Part shown: positions 11,057 to 21,379 of the stretch, one piece after another
How positions within the stretch are numbered: position 1 is the stretch's first letter
How the letters are laid out: each line of letters starts with the position of its first letter
Assembly (NCBI GenBank): GCA_002269645.1
Contig: NIVC01002666.1
Span: 1 to 59,110 of the forward strand
From: Macrostomum lignano
Taxonomy: Eukaryota
Direction of reading: 5' to 3'
DNA: 59,110 nucleotides
The notes under the pieces: generated by a model
The model's database searches: none
What the model saw: only the letters and a program-made list of their open reading frames with translations
What the model was told of the DNA's origin: nothing
Program-made: the position numbers and the translations under genes

Positions 11057-12019
11057 CTGGTACTTGTGCGCGTACTCAACCACGTAGCCGTCGCCTTCGG
11101 CCACCTCGCGGAATCGGTACTCCGGCTGGCACAGCTCCTCGGCCAGGTCGAAGTTGCACCGCCAGCTGATGTCGATGGCAAAGGCGCCGCCCGACCGGAG
11201 CACGTCGCCATGGTCGCAGCCGGCCAAGGTGAGGATGTCGGCCAGGCGGAACACCGGACAGTAGCTCAGGTTGGCGTGGCCGGGCGTGTACCTGCAGCTG
11301 GCCAGGTAGTCCGCCGTCATCCACTCCAGGATGTTGCGCCGGCGCCGGCCCAGCTGACGGAAATCGACGCTGTTTTTCACTTGAATGGTGAACTGGCCGA
11401 CCCTGGTCAGGGTGTACCCGGCTGCGCCGGCCGCCACTGCGCCGTCCGTCCAGTCCGGACTCGGACACCAGCCGTAGCTCAGACAGCTGCCGGTGGCCGG
11501 GTCGCACTCTCCTGTCCGACGTCCTCGCGACCCGAGGCTCCCGGCCGGACAGTCCGAGTGTCGGCTGCAGTTACGGCCGCCGCCGCCGCTGCCCTCCGGA
11601 CAGACTGTCATGGCCTGGCGCCCGGCCACCGCGGCGCTCGTGGTGATGAACACCGCCCCGTTCATCACCGGCGGCGTGATGACGTCCGCGGCGTCCCAGA
11701 CGCGCGCTCCGTAGGCGGGGTCCGCGTCTGTCCGGTTGACAAAGTCCAAGCCCTTGACCTTGAACACCACCCCGCCGAACGGCGGCTCCTTGGCCTGGTA
11801 GCCCTTCTTGTGCCAGATGATGTAGAATAGAAAGTACACGATGACCGACAGCTGCACGCCGCGGTAGAACAGGCCGTAGCGGACGCTGCGCACCACCACC
11901 ACCTTCTGCAGTTTGTACTCGAAGAAGCCGCCAAGTAAACGTTTGGCCAGCGGCGGTGGCTGCGACGGCGGCGGCGTCGGTGGCGATTGGTCCACCTCCG
12001 AGGAGTCGATCGGCGTCAT
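11057..12019 (-). CDS. P2X purinoceptor-like channel, exon 1 (TM1 and Cys-rich ectodomain)
   Basis: ATG at 12019 (MTPIDSS); FFEY..QKVVVVRS, KGYQ, FKVKG, ten ectodomain Cys, GWCP, VKNSVDF, YCPVFRL; donor CAG|GTGAGC, phase 0. About 522 aa in total. Confidence 0.92.
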
Positions 12020-12238
12020 GCAGCTTCGGCAATTCGGGTCCTGAATCGAGTGGGTAGGCTGCAGAATTCCCTCTGTTTCTTTCTCCTCTTTCTTGTTCAC
12101 CAGTGTCGATTCCGTTCAATATACTTAACTGAGTTATACGGCTGCAATCTGATTGGTTGAGCTGCCGAGAGCCAATCAGATTTTTGGGAGGGAAGAGTTT
12201 CTTACTGCTTTCTGATGGAGTGTTGTAGTTAACTTGTA

Positions 12239-13007
12239 GTGAGTGAGTGAGTGAGTAAGGGAGTGAGTGAGTGAGTGAGTGAGTGAGTGAGTGAGTGAGT
12301 GAGTGAGTGAGTGAGTGAGTGAGTGAGTGAGTGAGTGAGTGAGTGAGTGAGTGAGTGAGTGGGTGAGTGAGTGAGTGAGTGAGTGAGTGAGTGAGTGAGT
12401 GAGTGGGTGAGTGAGTGAGTGAGTGAGTGAGTGAGTGAGTGAGTGAGTGGGTGAGTGAGTGAGTGAGTGAGTGAGTGAGTGGGTGAGTGAGTGAGTGAGT
12501 GGGTGAGTGAGTGAGTGAGTGAGTGAGTGAGTGAGTGAGTGAGTGGGTGAGTGAGTGAGTGAGTGAGTGAGTGAGTGAGTGGGTGAGTGAGTGAGTGAGT
12601 GAGTGAGTGAGTGAGTGAGTGGGTGAGTGAGTGAGTGAGTGAGTGAGTGAGTGGGTGAGTGAGTGAGTGAGTGGTGAGTGAGTGAGTGAGTGAGTGAGTG
12701 AGTGAGTGAGTGAGTGAGTGAGTGGGTGAGTGAGTGAGTGAGTGAGTGAGTGAGTGAGTGGGTGAGTGAGTGAGTGAGTGAGTGAGTGAGTGAGTGGGTG
12801 AGTGAGTGAGTGAGTGAGTGAGTGAGTGAGTGAGTGAGTGAGTGAGTGAGTGAGTGAGTGAGTGAGTGAGTGAGTGAGTGAGTGGGTGAGTGAGTGAGTG
12901 AGTGAGTGAGTGAGTGAGTGGGTGAGTGAGTGAGTGAGTGAGTGAGTGAGTGAGTGAGTGAGTGAGTGAGTGAGTGAGTGAGTGAGTGAGTGAGTGAGTG
13001 AGTGAGT
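12239..13007. repeat. (GAGT)n microsatellite
   Basis: Direct reading; source of the THSL repeat ORFs. Confidence 0.97.
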
Positions 13008-13575
13008 GCTAAATAACAATATGCAGGGCATCTATCCCCAAGTCTGTGCTGCATTCCTCAACCCAATACTAATGCTCAGGCAAAACCTGCTCCAGCAAAT
13101 AGCCACATGCCGCGGCAGTCTGACAACTTTCACCAAGAATTATCCCGCTGATGTCTATAATCCATCAACCTCGGCTGAGACTAATCCGGCGCTACAAAAA
13201 AAGCCGTCAGAATCCGAGTTAAAGAGATTCAAACATTGGCATAAAACCCACACGGCTGAGTCGACTAGGCTGAGCCAACTATGACAGACCGGCCAAGTGG
13301 AAGGTCTCCCAATCTCATCGCTCATTCGTCCTGCGCCATGCAAATGCGCTGTTTAATCAGGCTAAATTGATTCCGAAGTGCATCTTGGCTCTGCTGCCAC
13401 TCCCCTCATCCCCGTTGCCTACTTGCGCTGTGTTTGCGCCTGCCTTTTTAATGCAACATAAACACATCGGGCCAAGGGGGCTCACTGATGATGTCCGCTG
13501 GGAATTCCGCTGCGTTCTCCAACTGCTGGCGCTGAGTGAACCTGTTCGCTGCATCATTGCTGCCTTCCTACTCTT

Positions 13576-14180
13576 GCTCACACTCTCCCTCACAATCTCC
13601 CTCACAATCTCCCTCACAATCTCCCTCACACTCTCCCTCACAATCTCCCTCACAATCTCCCTCACACTCTCCCTCACAATCTCCCTCACAATCTCCCTCA
13701 CACTCTCCCTCACAATCTCCCTCACACTCTCCCTCACACTCTCCCTCACAATCTCCTTCACACTCTCCCTCACAATCTCCCTCACAATCTCCCTCACACT
13801 CTCCCTCACACTCTCCCTCACACTCTCCCTCACACTCTCCCTCACACTCTCCTTCACAATCTCCCTCACAAGCTCCCTCACAAGCTCCCTCACAATCTCC
13901 CTCACACTCACCCTCACACTCTCCCTCACACTCTCCCTCACACTCTCCCTCACACTCTCCCTCACACTCTCCCTCACACTCTCCCTCACACTCTCCCTCA
14001 CACTCTCCCTCACACTCTCCCTCACACTCTCCCTCACACTCTCCCTCACACTCTCCCTCACACTCTCCCTCACACTCTCCCTCACACTCTCCCTTACAAT
14101 TTCTCTCACACTCTCCCTCACTCCTTCACTCTCCCTCACAAGTTTCCTCACAATCTCCGTCACTCCTTCACTCTCCCTCA
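13576..14180. repeat. 12-bp minisatellite (CTCCCTCACA[C/A]T)n
   Basis: Direct reading. Confidence 0.95.
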
Positions 14181-15248
14181 CAATTATCCTTCACAATCTC
14201 CCTCAAAATCTCCCCCACTCTCTCTCTCACTCTCCCTCACACTCCCTCATAACCGTCCCCACTCTCTCCTTCTCTCTTCCTCACACTCTCCGTTTCAGTC
14301 TCCCTCCCATTCTTCCTCTCATACTCCATACCCTGCAGCCCTTTCTCCTTAATCTACCTGCATGTGAATACACTTTTAATTAGAAATGAGAAAAAATTTG
14401 TACAGATTCACAGAAAGGTGAGTTTATTGAAGAATATTTTCGGTTCATAAGTTTCATTAAATACGAGCATCAATGGGAAAGTTAAAAATGCGAGCGTAAA
14501 AGACAAACACGGGAAGCATTTTCAAGATATTATTTCCGCTCTATCTAAGACTCTAATTTAGTTGCTAGCTATTGTTGAACATTATATTTTTATAGGATGA
14601 AACATGCTCTTTTTGCATCAAACATGCAAAGTTTTTCAAGTAAATTTATTTGATCCCACAGCATGCACCTACGTATTAAATTTTTATCAAATTGGCTTTA
14701 TATAAATCTATAGAACATCCATCTAGAGACATTAATTTCATTTTTATCAAAAAAAATTTATTGCAATTACGTCGTTTGCTTAAAAATATTTATCCGATTC
14801 ACTAAGAACTTTTGTTTATCTACACTCACAAAATAGGATATTTATTTTAAATGTTCGTTAGTTTTCGTGCTTATTCGGTCTGGTCAGATATTCGATGTTT
14901 CAACTGTTTTATTTTTATTTTCAGAGACGCAGGTAATACATTTTCATTTTATTTACTTACCTAGATATTCTTGAAACCACTGTCTTGTTTTGTCAAAATG
15001 TTTTGAGAAAAAAATCTAACTTTTAGCGGACGTTTAAATTTATTGAATACAGTCAAAAACTTACCAAATACTTTGGGTAGCTAACAGTTAAAAAAACTCT
15101 AAAATAACAATTTAGTAGGAACTATTAAAACTGGCAAAAAATAATTTATTGCAAATCAAACAAACACTAAGGCATTATTAAAAATCTAATTAAAATATTA
15201 AATTTTATTATATATGACATTTTTCAGGCAAAAAGCAAACAACGAGCA

Positions 15249-15295
15249 ATGACTGAAGAGACCATTGTCTTCCACTTTTACGCGAAGAAGCTTCT
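15249..15295 (+). CDS. SMS: Spermine synthase coding exon 1, 5' part (interrupted by a transposon)
   Basis: Acceptor TTTTCAG at 15227; ATG at 15249 gives MTEETIVFHFYAKKL(L). It joins 17207-17211 in frame once the element and one TTCT copy are removed. Confidence 0.7.
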
Positions 15296-17202
15296 CACAG
15301 CTATCTTGAAGACCAGTTAAGTGACAAAAAAATTGCCCAAAAAACGGGTTGTGTTTTCAAAAACAATGCACCACTAGAAGTTTCTATATAAATTTTCAAA
15401 ATGATTTTGCGAGATATTTTTATTTTATTGCATGTTTTTACTTTTACAATGATTTCTGTGCTGAAATTATAGTATCTGTGGTCTGGTAGTTGAGGGTTAC
15501 TTGTATAATGTATTGCATACGTATAATTTTTGATCAAACATATCAATACATAAATTAGTAAACTTCATTAAATGAAGAATGGTGAATAATATTAGACTGG
15601 GAAGGATGCAGCAACAGAGATGAGACACGTTGTATACTGCAAGGACCCGGAGGGACTCATTGATAGCCTTCTGTACCACTGCTGCATTGAAGAAGGAAAC
15701 TTTGAAGTTAAAATTGGCATAGATGGAGGAGGCAACTTCTTGAAGGTCTGTCTCACTATTGTGCAAATTGGAGCAGAGCAACAACCTAAAACAAAAACAA
15801 GCTATTCTGTTGCCGCATGCAGTTCTCGTTTCTGTGATAGTGGAGTGAAAAAAACTGCTGATCCTTGCAATTGTCGAAGATGTTCGAGAGTCCTACTTCA
15901 ACATCAAGGCTGTCCTGGACCTTCTGAGACTGCAACAGGTACGCTTCAGTCTTGCTGTTGACATGAAGATGGCTAACACACTACTTGGCCTCCAGTGTGC
16001 CAGCAGCAGTCACCCCTGTCCATGGTGCGAGTTGAACTGCAAAGAATTCTGTAGCATGCATCATGAAGTTCCCTTGCGGTCATTTGGCAGCATAAGACAG
16101 AATGCTAATAGCTACCAAGAGCTGGTGCAGCAGACAAGTAGCACAAGGCACTCGGCTGCCAGGTTCAAGAATTGTGTTAGAATGCCGCTGCTTGATTTTC
16201 CAGACAAGACTTTGGTGATCAACGTTGTGCCTCCAATGGAGTTGCACTTGATGCTAGGTATTGTCAATCGGCTGTTCAAGGAGCTTGATTCTCAATTACA
16301 GTCAATCTCCAACTGTACAATACGAGCACAGGACTTTGCTAATCGTTTAAACATCTGGCAGGCACCATATCAAGGTGGGCAGTTTACTGGCAACCACTGC
16401 AGCAAGCTGCTAAACAGTGTCGACTCACTTGAGCAAATGCTGCAAGACTGCGGTGCCATAGCAGCCATGCCTATTGTACAAGCCCTTCGCACCTTTCGTG
16501 AAGTCTGTAGGACTTGTTTTGGACTGGTGCTTCTAGACGGCTACGATGCAGCAATAAAGGCATTTGCTGCGGCCTACAAGGATGTTGGCATTCCTGTCAG
16601 CCCTAAAGTCCATGCTGTCTTTGAGCATGTTGCTCCATTTCTTCGCAACCAGCCGCAAATGCCTGGATCAGCTCTGCATGGCCTTGGATTCTGGTCGGAG
16701 CAGGCAAGTGAGGCTGTGCATGCGGACTTCAGTCGCCTCTGGGACAGCAGCTACAAAGTGGCGAAAACGAGTGCACAGTACAGCAAGCAGCTGCTGAAAT
16801 GCACAATTGTGTACAACTCACGGCACCAGTAAACAAGTTGCTTTTAGTTGATAACTATTTTTAAAGGTAAAGGTGATTTTCTATCAAAATGTTATTGAAA
16901 GTCTAATATTATTCACCATTTTTCATTTAATGAAGTTTACTAATTTATGTATTGATATGTTTGATCAAAAATTATACGTATGCAATACATTATACAAGTA
17001 ACCCTCAACTACCAGACCACAGATACTATAATTTCAGCACAGAAATCATTGTAAAAGTAAAAACATGCAATAAAATAAAAATATCTCGCAAAATCATTTT
17101 GAAAATTTATATAGAAACTTCTAGTGGTGCATTGTTTTTGAAAACACAACCCGTTTTTTGGGCAATTTTTTTGTCACTTGACTGGTCTTCAAGATAGCTG
17201 TG
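15296..17202 (+). mobile_element. Chapaev-type (RAG1/Transib-related DDE) DNA transposon, 5'-deleted, with 303-bp inverted ends and a 4-bp TSD TTCT
   Basis: 15296-15598 is the reverse complement of 16900-17202 (two mismatches seen). Termini are CACAG...CTGTG, with TTCT at 15292-15295 and 17203-17206. Confidence 0.9.
15599..16832 (+). pseudogene. Chapaev-like transposase catalytic core (no N-terminus; +1 A at ~15850)
   Basis: KIGIDGGG (D1), SGVKK|LLILAIVEDVRE, AVDMKMANTLLG...HPCPWC (D2, C2), PPMELHLMLG, PKVHAVFEHV (H2), WSEQASEAVH (E). The order parallels the RAG1/Transib D-D-C2H2-E layout. A run of 7 A shifts the frame. Confidence 0.85.
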
Positions 17203-17206
17203 TTCT

Positions 17207-17211
17207 GTCCG
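17207..17211 (+). CDS. SMS: Spermine synthase coding exon 1, 3' remnant
   Basis: G TCC G|GTGAGA donor; phase 1 matches the next exon. Confidence 0.65.
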
Positions 17212-17299
17212 GTGAGAACTCCGACAAAAATTATTATTTTAGTAGCACATTTGTATGCTTCAAATGATTGCAGTTTCTATTGTTATTGCGTCTTTGCAG

Positions 17300-17423
17300 A
17301 CTCCGAGCTTCTCAACCTGGCTGCCATCGCAATGGAGTCGGACAGCTCTCAGGTGAAAAGTGCTCTGTCTGGCCCTGCTGGCGACGACCTGCAACTGGAT
17401 GTGTTCACAAACGGTGCCAACAA
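17300..17423 (+). CDS. SMS: Spermine synthase exon 2
   Basis: TTTGCAG|AC TCC...; DSELLNLAAIAMESDSSQVKSALSGPAGDDLQLDVFTNGAN; donor AA|GTAAGG. Confidence 0.7.
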
Positions 17424-17498
17424 GTAAGGCTAATTTTTGCGTTGGTGTACAAATACTGAAACATGTACTTTACGTGACTTGTTATTTTTCGTTTCCAG

Positions 17499-17586
17499 GG
17501 TGCTCAATATTCGCCGCTACGAGAGCCAGAATCTGTACGTATTTGACATCCTGGTGATGCGGAGCCGAGTCAAGATTGATCTTGTG
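17499..17586 (+). CDS. SMS: Spermine synthase exon 3
   Basis: TTTCCAG|G; KVLNIRRYESQNLYVFDILVMRSRVKIDLV resembles ANLRIYPHGLVLLDL; donor GTGAGC. Confidence 0.7.
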
Positions 17587-17671
17587 GTGAGCCTCCCGCT
17601 TGGAGTGGAAGTTTTCTAGTTGAACGGGCGTATTTTTTTAAGTTTTACATTACAAAACTTTCTCTTTCCAG

Positions 17672-17742
17672 CTCATTCGACATCTCGAAGAGCTGATTAA
17701 GAAATTCCTGACGGACATTGGTTCTCTGGACCGATTGTACTG
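17672..17742 (+). CDS. SMS: Spermine synthase exon 4
   Basis: CTTTCCAG|CTC; LIRHLEELIKKFLTDIGSLDRLY; donor TG|GTGAGT; phases consistent. Confidence 0.7.
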
Positions 17743-17759
17743 GTGAGTTCACTCTCGGT

Positions 17760-17858
17760 TGGTTAGTTAGTTAGTTAGTTAGTTAGTTAGTCAGTCAGTC
17801 AGTCAGTCAGTCAGTCAGTCAGTCAGTCAGTCAGTCAGTCAGTCAGTCAGTCAGTCAG
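17760..17858. repeat. (TTAG)n/(TCAG)n microsatellite in an SMS intron
   Basis: Direct reading. Confidence 0.9.
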
Positions 17859-17884
17859 CTATCTCTGAGCACTGTCACCCACAG

Positions 17885-18326
17885 CATGCTTGGTCCGATC
17901 CGCCGCGGCGAGGCCCTGTGGCGCTACTTTCCCATGTCTGACGGCCGGATAGTAGAGTTCAACCTCGGCCGCCTAGTGGAGGACAGGCAGACCAAGTATC
18001 AGAATGTGAAGATCTACTGGAGCGAGGTGCACGGTCATGCCATGTTCCTGGACGACGACATAATGCTGGCCGAGAAGGATCAGGAGCCCTACACCCGGGT
18101 TCTGCTGGGCTTGGAGACTGGCAAGCCCGCTAGGAACTGCTACGCCGACAAGGAGATCCTCATTCTCGGTGGCGGCGACGGCGGTGTCATCTGTGAGCTG
18201 CTGAAACAGCAGCCTCGCATGGTCACCATGGTGGAGATTGACAGCACAGTGGTGCAGCTCTGCGCCAAGTACATGCGGGGCGCCTGTGAGGATGCGCTGG
18301 ACACCCTGGAGGGGCCCAACAAGAAG
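17885..18326 (+). CDS. SMS: Spermine synthase exon 5 (aminopropyltransferase core)
   Basis: PIRRG...RYFPMSDGRIVEF, TKYQNVKI, ILILGGGDGGVICELLKQQPRMVTMVEID; donor AAG|GTGAGG. Confidence 0.93.
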
Positions 18327-18354
18327 GTGAGGACTGCATTGAGTCCGTTTCTGT

Positions 18355-19030
18355 TGTGTCCTTTCTCACCTGTCTCTCCGCACCTGTTTCTCCTCACCTG
18401 TCTCTCACCTGTCTCTTCTCACCTGTCTCTCCTCACCTGTCTCTCCTCACGTGTCTCTCCTCACCTGTCTCTCCTCACCTGTCTCTCCTCACCTGTCTCT
18501 CCTCACGTGTCTCTCCTCACGTGTCTCTCCTCACGTGTCTCTCCTCACCTGTCTCTCCTCACCTGTCTCGTCTCTCTCATCTGTCTCTTCTCACGTGTCT
18601 CTCCTCACCTGTCTCTCCTCACCTGTCCCTCCTCACCTGTCTCTCCTCACCTGTCCCTCCTCACCTGTCTCTCATTACCTGTCTCTCTTCATCTGTCTCT
18701 AATCACATGTCTCTCCTTACCTGTCTCTCCTCACCTGTCTCTCCTTACCTGTCTCTCTTCACCTGTCTCTTCTCACCTGTCTCTCCTCACGTGTCTCTCC
18801 TCTCTCATCTGTCTCTTCTCACGTGTCTCTTCTCACGTATCTCTCCTCACCTGTCTCTCCTTACCTGTCTCTCCTCATCTGTCTCTCCTCACCTGTCTCT
18901 CGTCACCTGTATCTCCTTACCTGTCTCTCTTCATCTGTCTCTCATCACCTGTCTCTCCTCACCTATCTCTGCTCACCTATCTCTCCTCACCTGTCTCTTC
19001 TCACCTGTCTTCTCTCCTGTCTCTCACTTA
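18355..19030. repeat. ~14-bp degenerate minisatellite (CACCTGTCTCTCCT)n in an SMS intron
   Basis: Direct reading. Confidence 0.9.
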
Positions 19031-19097
19031 TCCATCTCCATATGCACCCCTAGCTTTTGTCGTTAGTCTTTAGGTTTACATATTCAATAAATTTCAG

Positions 19098-19244
19098 ATA
19101 ATCATTGGAGACTGCCTGGACCACCTGCACGAGTGCATTCAATCCGGCAAGAAGTACGACTACATTATTAACGACCTGACTGAGTTCATGGTTAACAAGG
19201 AGGAGCGCGGATGGAACTACGACTTTGCCACGGATAATTGTCAG
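19098..19244 (+). CDS. SMS: Spermine synthase exon 6
   Basis: ATTTCAG|IIIGDCLDHLHECIQSGKKYDYIINDLTEF...; donor CAG|GTGACT. Confidence 0.88.
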
Positions 19245-20213
19245 GTGACTCCGCGGGGGTTTTAGCATCGCTGCTATTAAAGGGCTCAAGAGCTGCCCAT
19301 TTTGAATGGAATGGAGTCAACAGAAGAAGTAAGGAAGCTAGACGAGTAGTTAGATAATGTTACAAGAAATCTTTGACCCAGTTTAGAAAGCTCAACACTG
19401 TAACAACTGGATGTGAAAAACTGCCGATAAGAAAAACTCGCGCAACAAGTTGGCACGACATAACAACGTGTCAAGGTTCGAAAATGAAAGTTGACACTAA
19501 ATCTATTAGTGTATTTTATCTATTAAACTTATATATGTTCACCTATGCATGTAGACGCACTGCAAGCACAGACGTCACTAATTTAACAGAATTTGACTGT
19601 CCTGCTAAACTAGAAAGTGGGGCGATAAAAATTAATGCGATAACATAGTTCACGATCGGGTGACCGACTTGAAGCCTTGGGGAGGGCGGTTTGAATCGAT
19701 AGTTAAAGAAAAGAAGTACATTAAAAACCTAAGAATTTGACACAGGATAAGGTGCCCCCGGGCATTCACTTTTTGGCCATAGACAGCAGTCCGCCGGCAC
19801 AGGTCCGTGATTTTGGTGAAGAATATTAAAGTCTTGAACAATGAGCAACTCAAGAAGGGGACCAGTGAACATTCCATGCAGGCCCCTCCTGGGCCAGTTT
19901 GGTCCGCCATCCGGACTTTATTTATCTCCCAATAGTTTCTATGGTGTACGGTTCCTGTGTGGTAAAAAAATAACTATTGATTGCCCCTGCCTTATTTGGG
20001 CCAGATGTGCAACCGACAGCTCAGCCGCAGCTATTGCGCGGCGCATCTGAAGGCTGCGTACGGCTGTTCAGTCCAAGGACTGAGGGGTCGCCAAACACAC
20101 CCTCAATTACCCCAGCTAATGCTGGCACCCATTTTACACAGCTGAGTGAACTGAAGCAATGCAGAGTTAAGTCTGCAAGTCTGCAAAAACCCCGTTAATA
20201 TCCTCACTTCCAG

Positions 20214-20408
20214 ATGATGGAGATCGCACTGAAAGCCCTGAAGCCCGACGGCTGCTACATCCTGCGCGGCGGCTCGCTGTCCTACACCCACTTCTGGAGC
20301 TGCTTCGAGGACGACTGCCGCAAGCTCGGCCTGCGGTTCCGTGTCTACGACAGCTACGTGCCAGCTTTCTACGACAAGTACCGATTCTATGAGGTTCGCT
20401 TCGCCTAA
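20214..20408 (+). CDS. SMS: Spermine synthase last exon
   Basis: TTCCAG|MMEIALKALKPDG...YVPAFYDKYRFYEVRFA*. Reconstructed protein is 372 aa; AATAAA at 20436. Confidence 0.85.
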   Translation: MMEIALKALKPDGCYILRGGSLSYTHFWSCFEDDCRKLGLRFRVYDSYVPAFYDKYRFYEVRFA

Positions 20409-21379
20409 TTGTGGCCTGCTTGCTTGGTGGTGACTAATAAACAAAAAATGAGTAGGGACCTTGCTTCTAGTGTGTGTTTTTACTCGGTGAATAAGCACTA
20501 CCAGAATCGTTTTGTGTGATTCTGTTTTTACCGCGGTTTTTTGTGTGTGTTGATTTTTCTTCAATAATGATGGCTTGAGGTTTGGAAAATAAACGTAACA
20601 AAAGCAGAATTATAAAAAATTCAATCTCTTTCTTGTCTTGTGGATCAGTTTTACGAAAGGGTTGATCGCGACTTCGACTGGCTTGTTTTTTGCATCCTTG
20701 ATCTGCCACCAGACACCTTGATGGTTGGCACTGGCATGCTTCTGCTATGGTGGCAAACAACAATTATATAACTATATACTGTGAATCATAATAACAATTA
20801 TAAAAAAGGGGATAATATAGTAACTCTACTCTATGAGCTTAAGTTGACATAATATTCCCAATTACCCCCCCCCTGCTTGTTCTCCCTTATCCCAAGTCCA
20901 ACTCTCGTCACCTTTTTGCCGAACCCAGCCTCCTGGTGTCACTGTGAGCAGAATGACATCATTTGTGTACACAGGTTACTCGGGCTCCACTTTATGAGCT
21001 TCAGTTGACAGGCCCTTTGTCAGCAGACAAATTTTTTCATCACACTGATTCTTTATCGCACTCAGCTAATCTATCTGGCAGACCTGCATTTCATTGAATT
21101 ATCAGATAACTCATTGCATAAGTTGCATAACGTACACTGTATTTGTGTACTTTCCGAATCTGGGGCTCTAAACTGTCGTGACATTTACTACGCTTGTTTA
21201 TTTAATAATTAACTAAACTGTGGCATGATGGCTCCGCCAGGAATGGGCGACAATTATCGCACTGAGCAGGTGATAAGCTAATTAGGGGCACCTTGAGAGA
21301 CAGCCAGTATACAGGCTTCTCAGATCATTGCTAATTGATTTGCATAGCAGCAGGGGTCGGCAAAATTTTCTAGCTCAGG

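Noticed and set aside
14925-14932. 8-nt 5'UTR microexon of SMS (TTTTCAG|AGACGCAG|GTAATA)
   Set aside because: The splice signals are plausible but cannot be supported without transcript data.
19990-20190. Segment reminiscent of a SINE/LINE 3' body in an SMS intron
   Set aside because: No second copy in the window, no Pol III head or TSD; the resemblance is from memory only.
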